DNA of 64,000 bases. It comes from Marsupella aquatica (Eukaryota > Plantae > Marchantiophyta). Below, one piece after another: positions 48,137-62,400 of the stretch (positions within the stretch are counted from its first letter, which is position 1; each line of letters begins with the position of its first letter). The position numbers and the translations under genes are program-made. Below the pieces are notes generated by a model, which was given only the letters and a program-made list of their open reading frames with translations, had not been told where the DNA came from and made no database searches. The DNA is taken from contig OZ316891.1 in the NCBI GenBank assembly GCA_973895155.1, positions 15,283,037-15,347,036 on the forward strand. The letters run 5' to 3'.

Positions 48137-50779
48137 ATGGCTCGGAAGGAGAAACCTCCCGGGGGCGCCCCGACTTGGGAAGCACTGCTCAAGTGGAGTC
48201 TTGCCAACTCCGACGGTCTGCAGCAAGCTCCTCCACAAACCAGGTGCGGTGCGAGAATAAGTAGAGAAGGAATGAATTCCGTTTGTCCTGCCAAAGCGTC
48301 TATTTTGTTAGTGCATGGGCGGGGCGGTACAAAAGCAGACGGAAGACAGTGAGACAGAGTCTGGTTGATTGTATTTAGTGGATTGCTTGAATGCTTGTAG
48401 AGTTAAACTTGAATTTTATGCGTTGCCAGCCGAACCTCAGTGGGCGTGCAGACTTCCAACCGAGACTTAAGTGCTAATCCTGCTGTCGCTTTTTGATAGT
48501 CTGTTGCAACATAACAATTTAGTCTCAGGAAATATCTTCCCAATGCTACGGGGTACACAATTGGCGTAGAATGGTTGTCTGGGTTGTCAACCGTCTCAAT
48601 CGTGTTGGTAAATAGTAGAGACCGCTGATTTTCTCGGAGCAATTGGTCCTACTAAAATTTAGAGTCTGAAATCTCACTCTTTCGTCTAGTTTGTGAACAA
48701 AATTATTGGTAGGCTAAGTTCGTTACCATTGCACTTTTCTTCGATGGTCTCCTACGGGTCCTTCGCCCCATCTTCACAGTAGCGATATTGCAAATTTCGT
48801 TCTAGATGCTCGCATGTACGACGGGGCTCCGTTTAGGTCTTTTCTCGTCATAAGGTGCAGAATGGGTCTATATATTCGGATCTAGATAGGTCAATATTGG
48901 TTTTTCAGTAGTCTCGCGAGAAACGTTTGAAAGGAATTCCTGACAGTGTGGATGGGTTCTATTCTGCAGTGAGGAGGATAGGAAATGGTTCAACGAAGCA
49001 GTGCAGGCACATACCATTGATGTTATTAGGAGAATGAAGGAAATTTCTCTTGTTTTGAATACACCTCAACAGATATTAGACGAACAAGGGGTCACTCCTG
49101 AAGAGCAGGAAGGTACTTTCTTAGTCCTTTCCTTTTCATGGATTAAAATAACTTGATTCTGCCCTACATTGTTTTTATTTATTTCGGAAGGGCAGCTTAA
49201 ATTCAACATGTGTTCTTTGAACTATCTGTGCAGGAATGCTTGAAGAATTGCAAGAGCATGTGGAATCTATCGATATGGCAAATGGTACGTCCAAAGGATA
49301 TGTGATGAGTATTAACTTGCAGCAGCTCAGCTTGCTGCTTACATCAGTTTGACTGTGTTGTTTTCTGATGAGGTCCTTAGGTTCCTTAAAGGCAGAGAAT
49401 CTTTGTCAAAGCAGTTTATTTTGATGGGTTCAGTTAGTAATGAACTAAGGGAACGTTTCTGTCCTGACGCTTGAATGCAGATCTTCATGCCATTGGCGGT
49501 TTGATACCTCTGCTTAACTACCTTAAGAACCCTCATGCGCCAATCAGGGCAAGAGCTGCGGAGGTTGTGATGACAATGGTGCAAAATAATGAAAAATGTC
49601 AGAAGCAGGTCATGGATGTGAAGGGCTTGCAGTTGTTGCTGCACAACTTTACCTCAGATGAGGCTTTGAATGTGAGGGCCAAAGCACTGGGTGCCATCTC
49701 TTGTAAGCTCTGCTCTAATCTCCTGCAATGTTTTGTTTTTTTATTTGATTTTGTGCCGTGACACCGTGGCTGCTTCGTCTCAAGGTTTTATGTCAAAATA
49801 AGACAATAAGCCGATTCGTAGATTTGGCATGATGGCAGAAAGGTCGCAACTAAGTGTACTTACCGTAGTCATACGTGTCAATGGAGTGGGGTTGAACAAT
49901 TGATGAAGTTCTTCCACAGTTTTATTTCTCTGCCATCTTCAATTTGAGTGATCTTAGAGTTTAAATTTCTGACATTCTGGAAATGTTCTGTAGCACTAAT
50001 CCGGCATAACAAAGATGGAGTGGCTGCATTCCGTTTGGGTAATGGCTATGCTGGCCTACGAGATGCACTATCATCAGGTCACCCACGACTGCAGAGGTAT
50101 GTACACAAGTGTTGTGGATCTGACATGGAGATTTTGCTTAGGGGGGTTGTTGGGATTAATGTAGAATATTAATCTTGCTTTTGTAAGTACATCCGTTTGT
50201 CTTACCCCACATCTACTACTGTAGTCTGTCATTTCTCATGGAAGGTTTTTGGTCTGATTGTTGAAATGGGAATTGCCTACTTATCCCATTGTGTGTTGCA
50301 GGAAAGCTCTTCAAGTGATTTTCTATCTTCTTCAGGAGAACCCTAAGGATGTGAAGGTGGTGACAGACTTGGGGTTTCCTCGGGTCTTGACTAGTTTAGT
50401 CAGCAGCCAAGATGGGGATATTAGACGGGCTTCGCTTAGCTCCCTAGTGGAGATAAGCAAGAATGGTGGGTTGGTAGAAGCTGCTGAATTTAGTGGCCAA
50501 CTTAAGCAATTACTTAGTGGAAGGATAGAGGAAGTAAAGCAATATGGGCCTGACGATCAGGCAGCTGCTAAGGAAGAATGTTACCTCATAGATTCTTTGT
50601 GGCAACTGTGTTTCAATGGGCCTTCTGCTCTCAAACATACTGATCTGCTTGTCCCCATCGCGACCTATGAGCAGGAAGGTGCAGAAGCCGCTCTCTCATC
50701 CAATAGATCATCCGGAAATAGTGCAGAACTTGTGGAGAAATCAGAGAAGGCTCCTTTGCTGCTATTAGGTCCTGGTTGA
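48137..50779 (+). CDS. FES1: Hsp70 nucleotide-exchange factor Fes1/HspBP1; exons 48137-48243, 48970-49112, 49234-49284, 49481-49702, 49994-50096, 50302-50779
   Basis: PTWEALLKWSLANSDG, SEEDRKWF, LEELQEHVESIDMANDLHAIGGL, IRARAAEVVMTMVQNN, KALGAISSLIRHN, AFRLGNGYAGLRDAL and C-terminal PLLLLGPG. All introns are GT-AG and in frame. Confidence 0.95.
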
Positions 50780-51739
50780 GATTTCCTTCTCTACAATTTC
50801 GAGGGCTTGAACTGCGATGGATGTAATGCTTCTGGTGTAAAATTCAGAGCTTTGCTTTTGGAATAGAGCAATTTTGTATGTCAGAATATGTAGAAACATG
50901 TACAGGCGGGACTATCTAAATCTGTAATTTTTCCGTGCGAAGTATGTACTGGGATCAGAGTGATAACTCAAAATGTCTCCTCCTGTTACCTAGGAGTTCC
51001 CCTGGTCTAATTGAAGGCACCATCTTGGGGATTTTTACTTTCCCTTCCAGTTCAGTACCTATCATCTAACTCTGTTAAACCACGGTATGGCCCCCACTGT
51101 TCGTTTGCCTTTCTGTGACAAGGTGAATAGTAGACCCACCCTGCTTTCCCACTCAGGTTCCATCGTAGGATACTCATACTTTATAAACATTTTTTGGTGA
51201 TTTCTTGAAAAACCATGACCTACTTTTAGCTGTGATTTTCATTTTGAACCATAGTTTGCTGCCTCCCTATGGTGAACTAGGAGATGACATTGATACTCCA
51301 AAATTCCTGAGAATTTAACATGTTGTTTCATACACATGATTGTCCTAAATGTGAAGTGAGCACTACGAGCACCTGTATAATGGAACTTGAAGTATATTTC
51401 TTCGAGCTTTTCTTTTAGTTGGCATAGCTTATTCATCTCACCTGGAGATAAGGAAGGTGAGATAGAAACATTTGGCAGGACAGGCAAACTGTGACATCAC
51501 CATCAGTTTCATTTGTGATGCTCTGACGATGAAGCGTCTGATGTCCACTGAAAAGGAATTTTGCTAGTTGTCACTAGCAACTACGCAGTCCTTTGCGAAC
51601 CACAGTAGTTGTCCACTTTCGTTCTGACCAAAGAAATATGAAAGTATCCAAATTTGCTGGGGTTTTCTGTAAACCCATCAAATAGTCAAAACACTCCAAA
51701 GTGAAGGGTGCCAACGTCAGAGTCATAAGCTTGGATAGA

Positions 51740-51845
51740 TCTCCATTATAACCTTTATGCTCAGATGACTCTCAGGGTAATGCTACTAAAGCTCTCCATT
51801 ATGACCTTTATGCTCAGATGACTCTCAGGGTAATGCTACTAAAGC
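51740..51845. repeat. Tandem duplication, ~53-bp unit x2
   Basis: CTCCATTAT(A/G)ACCTTT(T)ATGCTCAGATGACTCTCAGGGTAATGCTACTAAAGC occurs twice. Confidence 0.9.
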
Positions 51846-52269
51846 CACCTGCTTTAGAACAAGGTTCCCTTGTGCTTTGGAGAATCTTGGAAGCCTCTAT
51901 TGTACTATAGTCTCAAATACTACTTTAACCTACTCATAATTGTTCCATAATTGTTCCAGTGTTGCCTAACTCTAGCAATGAGCCCCTCTAAGATTTGTTA
52001 TCAGCATGATCAATAGGGATGCGACTAAGTATGAAGAAGCTAGTAAAAGCAAGGACAATGGTTATTCTTCGAGGACTTGACAATAGTGCACTCAAAGATA
52101 ACTCCAACGGACCTGTTGCCGACCATGAAAACATGGACTATATGAATAAATTTTCCAACAAATCACACCACATGAACCCAAGATGCTCTGCATGACCCCA
52201 ATCATGGGGCTGCATACTTTCCGGCCAGCCGACCTAGGGAATCACCTATAGTATGCTCATCCAAACCAA

Positions 52270-53990
52270 AGCTTGTTTGTGCCAGTGGACTAACAAGAGC
52301 CTCACAATAGCAGGGAGGTCTATTTTGCTGAAGCATGTTCTCCAGTCAATTCCTACCTATCACCTGGTGTCATTGGTGCTGTACAAAACAGGATAGCAAG
52401 AGATTAATTTTTTTTGCAAGATTCAAGAGGGGATCCAAGAACATCACTGGACACAAGAAAGCTCTGCTAGCCTGGAAGGTCATCTTCTCAGCCAAAGGGA
52501 ACGGGGGATTGGGAATTCAATCTTTTGACGAGCAAGCTCAAACACTGAAGATGGGGCACATCTCTAAACTCATTGTTGGCTTGAACGTGACTGGGTGCGA
52601 ATGGCACAAGAAATCATTACGACGGGGCTAAATTTGGGTATAGGAACGAAATAAAGGAGAAATTGGGTTGCCACTGAAGCACTGCTATTGAGTGATGAGC
52701 TGCTGATCAAAGGTTTGCCATCTTTGAAGAGCCTGATCCAGGGATGGTTTGCCAAGAGACCAACAGCTCAAATTCAACTTTGGGGAAGTTACCATCCCAC
52801 CTCCCAATTGAGCAGACCATGGTTTTGTACCTCCGCACCATGCAGGGCTCTGCTCAACCAGGTGTGGACCTGAGGAGATTCATGGCTAATCCCAACTCCT
52901 TGATCTCCAGACTCAGCACGGTGAGTGGATCCCTGAGGAGGAGATCCAATACCAAATTTGGGGCACCCGGGTGATTGGGAATGCAGAGTCTTTCCCTAAG
53001 GTGAGGTTTTTCATGTGGCATCTTTTGAATCCTGGTTTCTTTACCTACAGCAGGGCGAGCCACTGGGGTGTGTGTGATGGCATTTGTGCTTGGTGCAAAA
53101 TCCAGTTTGAGCACACTGAGCACATGTTCTTCAGCTGCAAATCTATTACCACAAAACGGGCCACAAAATGGAACGAGCTGCAAAGATTGCTGCAACATAC
53201 TACTGCTTTGAAGATACCTCAAGGTTCCCTTTAGAATGCTATTGTTGCTGCCATTCAGGTGCACAAGAGAAAACTAGGCCCAATGATTCTGATCATCGAG
53301 ATGTGCTCCAGTATTTGGAACGAGAGAAATGGAGCTATCTTTTCTCAATTTTTGGGGCGCCTTCCCGGTTGGGTCAAACTGAAACCCATGTCCAAACTAT
53401 GATTGACATATGCAATTCTGAGAGGACAAGGAAACAACTTCAACTTGCGATCAACCAACTCCAGGTTGTTCTTAAGCCTTGGGAGAAAATTGACGGCCCT
53501 CTAGCCTTGAATTTTGATAATGTGAACTGCTTACAAACATCCCAGCACTATGATTGAGGTGGAATGACCCTAAAGAGGATAGAAGTACTGCCCACTGCAC
53601 TAAGGACGTCAATTATGGCATGGGAGTTGCTCTTTTGACCTTAAGAGTTGGGAACAACCTAGTTGTATCAACAGGAACAAGGCATATAATAAGAGTATGA
53701 TGTTTTTGTCTGATTGTTCTAGACAGTCCAATGATCAATTGGAGTTTATGTTGCTTGGTAGAAGTAAACAGAATAGGAAAATGACTGTCTGGAACACCGG
53801 TGGGGTCACCATTAGGTGGTTTCTTTGGGTACGTTCCTTGGCCTGACTAGTGATTTGAGTGTTTTCCTTGCGATACTTTGGCCCTTGGGTGCATGCATGG
53901 GTCCCATTTTGTTTCCTTTGCTTGGGTGGATTCGTCCCCGTGCCTGGTATGATGGGTGTTCGCCCCCCTTTTTCAAAAAATTAAAAAAAA
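52270..53990 (+). mobile_element. 5'-truncated, decayed L1-type LINE (post-RT region, zf-RVT, 3' UTR, A-rich tail)
   Basis: NKSLTIAGRSILLKHVLQSIPTY, AWKVIFSAKGNGGLGI and KVRFFMWHLL...ICAWCKIQFEHTEHMFFSC (zf-RVT). Many frameshifts; ends ...CCCCCTTTTTCAAAAAATTAAAAAAAA. Confidence 0.85.
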
Positions 53991-56469
53991 TGTGCACCTA
54001 CTATTTTGCATAGAACACAATGGTAACCTTAATGTATCTTCTGGATATAAAGGTCTCTTCCAGGTATCCATGCGCTACCACTGGCCGGGCCACTGGCAAG
54101 AAGTGAAGGTGTACATAACGATCCACTCGTTGTAAGAAAGATTCTCTAGTAGGAAAAATACTTGGAATAAAAGTGGGTGTTTCTACCTAGGAATATATTT
54201 TTCAGTGAAGAAGTCAAAATTTAGAAAATTTGTGAGCTTCAACAAGCTTGGATGAGATCTCCATACCAAATCTTTTAACTGAATATAATATAAAAGTTGG
54301 CATGTTGAATAAGATATACGTTTTAACTTGGATAAATGAAGTTGGGTATATTGTTTTACTTTGAAACAAAGAGCATTTGGGGATTTAATCCAAACTTGAA
54401 AGTCTGGATAGAGATCCCATCAGAGCATTTGGGGCTGTATCAAAACAAGAGGATTGATTCTTGGGGTGGGGAGTGAGGTCTTGCCCTCTAGTTTGGATAG
54501 AAACCCCATTAGCCAAATTTGCCAAAGTCTTACCTGGAAAGGTGGCTGTTGACTGACACAAAGAAAACCACACAAGAGGTTGTGACTAATTCATCAACAA
54601 ATTATTTGGCCAAATGAGTTAAAGCCTTGAATCTAATACAATATGTATCAGAAAATTAATTGCAAACCACGCTTCTAAGTTTATATTAAAATTTATGGGA
54701 AAATGTACCTCCAGGGCCAGGAATCAGTCACTATCTGAAATTCCCAGATTTCTAGAAAAAAGAAATGCCTTGAATTGGATTCCCTGTTCTACAATGCACA
54801 GGACCATGCTGGAATATGAAGTTGAATGATAGGTTGTCTCAAAGTTTCAAAGTTGCGGATGATGGTTTTTGGCCATAACAAATGACCATAACTTTCACAG
54901 GGTTTTGTATAAGTATTTTGTTTTCATTAGCCTCTAGAGTGGCTTATGGTCATGGCAAAAAGTTACGGACTATGAAATTGGTAGTCCATAACTTTTTCTG
55001 TCCATGGCCTCCATCAATTTTGAGGTTTGATCGAGGGTTTGATACCCCCGGTTGGGTTGTGACGCTGAATTCTCAACGGAAAAAAGTGAAGACGGCTGAC
55101 TCAATTCAGGCTACTGTTAGTGGGAAACTCATTTATGAGCTCCCCTTGGCTCCCCACCTCTTAGAAGCCATCCTCTGCCCAACTAGAATAGCACCTCAAA
55201 TGATCAAACAGTCCCTTTCCTCATCACAAATGAGACCCCCAATATGTTGGCGCTTGCAAAACTCACCAAAGCCCACCACCGGCCGGTCACACCAAAAATT
55301 TACTGCCATCCCCAAACCCGTGAGTTTACCTGTGCACAATTGACCAACACATGTGTGAGTCGAGCTTCTCGCATACCCAATCCAATATTTTCCTGTGCAA
55401 GCCTGACCTTTGAACAGAGGCAGACGTTTGGACGGTAGATTTATATGCAAGTTGCATGGCAGAGGGGCGCTGCTTCCCAGCCGCCTTTCTACCAGAAAAA
55501 TGGAGGTGGGAGCAAATATCATAGTTGCCCCAAAAACTTACTGAATGGAGGCACTCTTGGGGGTACCTGTATATCAAAATATGACATACACAGTGTAAGA
55601 CATCCTTTCGTACCATGATAAATCTTGTTATTTTCATTAATACCATATATTAGCACATTTTGATGTGTGATTTCTTCAAATATGGCTACCACATTTTGAT
55701 GTGTGATTAGTGGCAGGGCACTCTTGGGGTGTGTCCTTGCCAATATATGCCCCTATGAGACAGAGTAGCGGTTGGGGCTCCATGGCCAGTCCTCACTAAA
55801 TATAAGCAGCTATGGGAGAGTAGCGGTTGTGGCACCAAGGTCCCACAGCCGGAGATTCTCTGGGGAACTGAACAGTCTCAAAGCAGTTCATGGGTGCCAA
55901 GCTTTTCCTTTGCAAAGGAGTGCAAATGGTGCTGCCTCCTTCACCACACTGCACATTTGAGCCTGTGAAGACCACTCTTGTGAACAGTGTGTGCGACCGT
56001 TGGGATATGCTCGTTTGGACAAGCAAAGGTGCAGGAATTCCGTTGTTCTCGAGGTCTCAAGGTAGGAGTAGTGAAAACGACGACCCTGGAAAGGTGTCCA
56101 GGAACGTTTGACCAGAATCACAATTTCCATATTGGAAACGACACAGATTCGATGCCCGTTCGGGAAATCTACCTGCCAAGTCATCTGAAAGGACCGGAGC
56201 GAGCCTCATCGATTCTTGGAACCCCGCCTCAAGTCTCGGAGGCTCGTGCAAAGATCCAAGGCAATAATGCTTTTGAGAGCTCTACCGAACTCTCTCACTC
56301 ACTCTGAGGACCAACATGGTGTGAATTCGCAATGTTACTGAGCCTCTGCAGACAGCAACAATTTCCACTGGACGGTTGACATGACTCTGCAGAAGTGGGC
56401 CGTCATGGACTGCCTTGACGAGTTCAAGGAGCTCGTGAGCTGATTTGTAAGAATTGTTACTGAGAGGAG

Positions 56470-59400
56470 ATGGCGTCTTTTGGACCTTGGGCCTCAGAAT
56501 TGTTGTCACGTGAAGAGGGAACTTCGTCCACCACACAACCTTATGTTGACGATGAGCTGGAGCACCTCTTGGACAGCGGATGTTCGACCCCTGCTGGAGA
56601 GGCAAATGCTGCGAATGGCCCGGAAAAGGCAAATGCTGCGAGTGGAAATTCCGTGCAGTCGCATGGAATGTCCCTTGCCTGCCAAACACCTTCTCCAGTT
56701 CCCCAGAACAGAGCGAATTTTCAGATCCATGCTGCTGCAGCGAATTCCAGGGACCAATGTGCAGCCCCAAGCTCGTCTAAGTTTCAATTCACTGCAGGAG
56801 AGAGTTCGACGGAGCTCCATTCTCCCAGTTCCTCTAATATTCAAATCAATGCAGCCAATTCGAATGGGCCATGTTCTCCAAGCGCTCATGAAGCTCGTGG
56901 CCCATCCCTTGCTTCCCCGCCAGTGTCCAAAACAGCTTCCTCACTAATTCAGTGTCGCTCTGAATACCCATTGACTCCAGGGGAAGAAGACGATGGCAGG
57001 ACTACAGGGGCTACTTTTCATGATCTATCTAGAAGTTTATCGTATTTTAGCCAGCCTGCCATGTGCTCTCCTTCCTTGCCTACCAGAGGTGAAGCTAGTG
57101 GATGTACCACCCCCGTCTCTGCTGAGTGGGAATGCACACCGGGTGCAACTCCAACCCAAGGTGAGAATGTTAACGACGGGGTCACACTGCCTTACCTCAC
57201 AGACTGAGTCTGTTATGCCTCTCCCAGCACCAAGATAATGGCAAGGAAGATTTGTTTCCACTTGTCAGTGGCCATCGGATTGAGAGTCAAGAAATCATAA
57301 GTTAGATTACCCAGTTTATTTTCATTAAGTCAGCTGATCGAATTCTCTTTTCTTCTGGGTGAATGTGCCCCTGAAGGAGATCGTGTTTGACTCAGTAATA
57401 TTAAGTCACATAAATCTATCTGACCTTTTTACTTTGTATTATCATCAGGAACGGGAACAAATCCTGCCTGGAATGAAACAGAGAATATCCGGAAACGACT
57501 GGTCTCACGTGACCTGTTTTCTGTTTCGAGCCCCGCGAAGGCTCGGAAGATTATTTCTAATGATGTCACGACGAATCTGCTTCAGTTTGACGGTCCCGCT
57601 ATACAAAGTAAGACTTCTGATTCTCGAACAGAAGGTAATGTCAGCTGCCATTCAACATTTGAAGTCCATCTGAGTCGAGCTTTGACAGTGGAGCTCATGA
57701 CACTCAAGGGTGGATGAGTTTTTTTATCATTGATACCTTTGACAACTGTATGAGAAATACACCTTAATTTAAAATAAACGAAATGCTCTTCCTCTCATGC
57801 AGACCTTGTGGGATGTTTGTCCAGCAGGCCCTACATGTTCGACCATTGACATACACAAGAGAAATATATTTGGCGAGCCGCAACTCATTCCATTTCCTGT
57901 TTTGAATCCACATTTGCGAGCTCTAGGGAACCTGGACTTCACGACGGCGTTTCAACTGCTTGAGAGGTTGAAGGGGTAAGTTGGCAATTTATTTCCTTCA
58001 ATCCTGTCTTGCGGGCTAACGAACAGAGGCCCTGAAAGCTTGATGCAGGGAATGCATTTCCTTGTTCAAGGAGGACGTGTTATCGATTTGGATAGAGTCC
58101 TTGTTATCTCCATACTGGGTCATTGTTGTGTAAATGTTTTTATTGTAATCAGCTTCTTTTCTCTTTGCCTGGAGGTTGTAGTGTCTATCTGCCTTATGCT
58201 ATTTCAGCTTTGAAATAATGGAGGAAGTTGTGGTTTCCTTCATTGCTGGCTGGCCGTGGACTTATCAACTGTCTAGTGTTTGGATGCGTTGGAACGTGCA
58301 ATGATGGAAGCAGGTTTCATTCATGCAGTGCCTCCGTACCTGTAATCTCCATTTTTCAAAATAATGAGCATCTGCTTCTATCTTTGGAGCAATGCTAAAG
58401 TTCTAGCTGGATGTTGGAAATTTCAGGAGAAATTTGGAGGAAACCTTCAGCCTTGGGACCATCGAGAAGCTGATGACCATACCCAAGGCTAATGTGCAAG
58501 CATACCTTCTGCATCTCGAACCCCGACAGAATTGGCGTAACCTTTGCATCAGGGTACTTTTCTATTTCCAAGTCATTCAAGCATTTAAGCTGTTGAAAGA
58601 GTTTTGTTCTTATTTGAATGTCAATACTTTCGCGTTGTTCAACTGTAGATGGAACTGATCGAGGTTACTAATGATATCAGTCCTTATATACGCTATAGGA
58701 TGATCGTCTTGTAAATCAGCGAAGTGTGTAGCCATAACCTATTGGTGCAGTACGAAGAAAATTTACATCGTCAGACATGGATTCATTCCGATGAGGTCCA
58801 AATTACGTTCATTACTCTGGCTGATGAAATCACAAATTCTTCACATCGCCCATTTTCGTGCGGGTTGTCTAACTGCAAGCGCTTGTCTTCAACGTTCTTC
58901 ATACTCAAGGGGAACCTAGTTTTCCGAGCTTGATGAACAGAGTTTGGACAAACGATGCTATGGAAGGCTCTGTTGATTCTTAATCAAGAATGATCTTATA
59001 GCGGTGCATTCATTTTACTTACCCTGTCTTCAAAGTTCGATCTCAGATAATTTGGCTAACCCGAATCGTCGTCACGGCAGGAGGCCCCCTTCACTGAAAA
59101 TCCTCGATTTGAATGCTGCGCCAACCTTGCGGGCAGGCTATCATTCAAGGTTCGTGACCTACCTCCGTTCCTGTTTATGTCTCCTGGCTGTGACATTTAT
59201 TTTCAAAGTTGTACATTCGACGTCACAGAGTCACCTTGATTAACCCTGGATTGCGCGAGGTTCTATGGTTTGATTTACTGGAACACTGCGATGGTATCTT
59301 GATAACGGTCGAGCAGAAGACATCCCTTGTTTAGCCTGTGGTGATTCGTCCAGTCCAACCCTTACCATAGTAAGATTTTTAGGGAGTTCGAATCAAAAGA

Positions 59401-62400
59401 CGCAACTGAACCAGGGTTGGATTCCAAGTTACTCTCGTTATGATATTGATTGTGAAGGGAGCATTAATTGTCCGGCAAACCTCTAAACTGTCGTTCTCGT
59501 CTTGATCATGGACTAAGAATGTGTTTGCTGCAGCTATTCGAGCAAAAGGAAGGCCTTACTGCACTGCAGCGATGTTTTGGTCCTGACAGGGTCCTGAGGG
59601 TTTTCTTTGCCGCTGGGCCAGGAGGGAGGGAAGGAGAGAGTGTAGGCAAATAATGAAGGAAGGGATCATTGTTGGCCTCCGTTATTATCAGTACTGGAGT
59701 ATGTTCTATTAATCTCTTCCTTTACAATTATACTCTGGGATATAAATTTCACTGACTAGCGATTCAAGGGCATCGTAAGAAATAGAAAACAATTCGAGCG
59801 TTAAACACAATGACCAAGAAACTTGGCAATACAGTGCTTGTCGTGATTGTATTGTTAATAATGTATCTGAATAATCTTTATATTCTCTCCCTGCTTCGAG
59901 TGAGGGAGGGTCTTCCAATATGCTCCCTTTGCAAGACTTAAAAAATGATTTTGATGACATAGACAAATGAAGTAAGCTTTCAATGGGTCAAGGTAGACTA
60001 AACTCGAAAGATCGAAGCGGACCTGGATTTGAATCCTCATTCTGTATCTTAATCTTCTAACCTACGTATCATTAGTTTGAGTTCGGATTGTCCAGTGTTC
60101 ATTGATTACACTTGCAAATAGTTTATCCTCTGTTTTCGGTTCCGAAGAACTTGGAATTTTACCTTCTGATGTTTTTGTGTTTGATTTTTGGTGGGCATAA
60201 ATAGCTCACAAAGACACGGGGAACGACTTCAAGAAGAAGACTAGGCCTGTGGGTGAGTCTTCTGTTTCCCAAGAAGTGGATGGTTACTCCCTGATTGGTT
60301 CGAATTTGAATGTGCGATGTACTCCTGTCAATTGTTACATGCCCTTGCGAGAAAATGGATAACCGAAGTACATGTGTCCTCTACTAGATGAAGAATTCTG
60401 GAGCGCCACTCACTGCTACTTTGTGTGCACGAGCTCGGAGGCAGAAGTAGACAAAACTAACAAGCACTTCAAGCAATTTAGAACCATACGTGAAGCTCGG
60501 TGTTACATGATGCATATTCATACGACACCAAACATATCCAAGTACACAGCCAGGTGTGTCGTTGGAGTGTCACTCTTTTGGCGTGGAATCATATCCATTG
60601 GAAGAAAGCTCTCAATGATTTGCGAATTTCTCCATCTGGTGACTAGTGCTCGGACTGGTAACTAGCTGAATAGATTTATTACCAATCTGCATTCCTGAAA
60701 AATCCCCTAGGGTGGTAGACGAATCCTCCTCCACGGACAGGGAAAAGTCAGCCTTTCTGGTCTTTAGAACGTACTTCTAATTACAGTAGAGGCTTTCTGG
60801 GAGGCACATGATTTTGGCGATAAAACTGCAATCTTCTTTCTGTAGCCCTACTGGCATTCAATCCGTTTTCTACAGAAGATCCATTCATCCAGATACTCTT
60901 GTTTCCTTCCAATCCCCTTTAGAGGCTACCACCATCCAGGTTACCTTACATAGAGGTGGCACGCATTCAGAACCAACTGCCATCATTCACATTTTCCGCT
61001 ATGGTTGTTCGATGAGATGAATGGCTCCCTTTCAAGCACTCGCCATCGCAGTCACTGTGGTAGTCTTGTCCGTCTAAAACCGATTCAAGAGGGAGATCAC
61101 GAGTTCTCGGTAGTACTGAGAGACATTGTACATGCTGAAGTGTCAAGCACGAATTATTCTGAGCTGGAACTTGATCAACACGTCTAAATGCGATTAATCT
61201 TGTTGCAACTTGCGATTAATCAGGTTGCAACTTGCGCTATCTCAAACCCAGCATATTGACCTTGATCTTTCTACAATCAGTGTGACGCTCGAAGAAGATC
61301 TCCAGTGCAAGGTACTAAGCCACATGAGTGCACGGGGTTGTTTATCATGTCGGATGCTCTGCTTGATCTGCAGGAGTAAAGGGTACATCCCAGGCCTAAT
61401 CTGGTTCCCATGATGGCTGTAGGACGACATGACCGGGTTGAAAACCATTTGCACAGATGGTGCAGGGTATATTAGTGTTGATCTTGCGAATGAGATTGCC
61501 GCGAGCCTTAATAACGGAACGACAAACCCAGAGAAAGTGTTTGGAAATCAGGTGACCCATGCTGATCTTGGGTAGTGGGTAAATTTGCAATATGCCATTT
61601 GGCTCACTTACAAGCATTGGAAACTTGTTATAAGTGTGTGGATGGTGTACTGATGTTGGGACATACCTTGAATTCCAGGAGTATCCGTCACTAATCCAGA
61701 TTCGTCTTTTCCACAATGGATCTGCAAGCAAAGGCACACTTCTTGCACATAACACGGTTAGAACTTCCCCTTGACTATGATGGCACTGTGAAATGATTCT
61801 TCGTTCTTTCCTGACAATTCATCCAAGTTTCCCAGACTAGATTCTGACCAAGTCATTACTTTCCGACCGACAGACGATGATTGGACATGAAATAACTAAC
61901 CAACATTTTGTTTGATTCATTTTCAGTTGGGTCGAAGAACCATTGTATTACGTAAATCAATGCAGAAAGTGGAAAGTGATCCAGAACTTTCTGACTTTCA
62001 ATCTTTCAACTCACTGGAGATATGCGGATACAGGTCTTGTATAGTGATCTTCCTAACTTGGAGCATCTTTGATCGCTGGATACATGTGAGAGTAATTTTA
62101 CGGGTAAATTTGCTGATATTATTCGCTTGAATTGTATGCGGCTGTTGCAGCAAGCCTCCTCGAGAGGCGAAGCTTTCACGAGAATTGATTGTGTTACTCA
62201 CTCTTGGGGGAGTGCCTCGATCATTCTTTACGAAGCTTGTTGATAAGGCTATAGAGAACGTGGGCAATATAGTGAATGATCCAAGAGCTGCCTGGATGGG
62301 TATGATGTTAATTCCTTTGGCCTTACTGCTGGTGATGTCATATTCTAAAAAAACCCTACCTGGTCCACTCATTTCTCTTACATATCGATAACTGCGTAGT

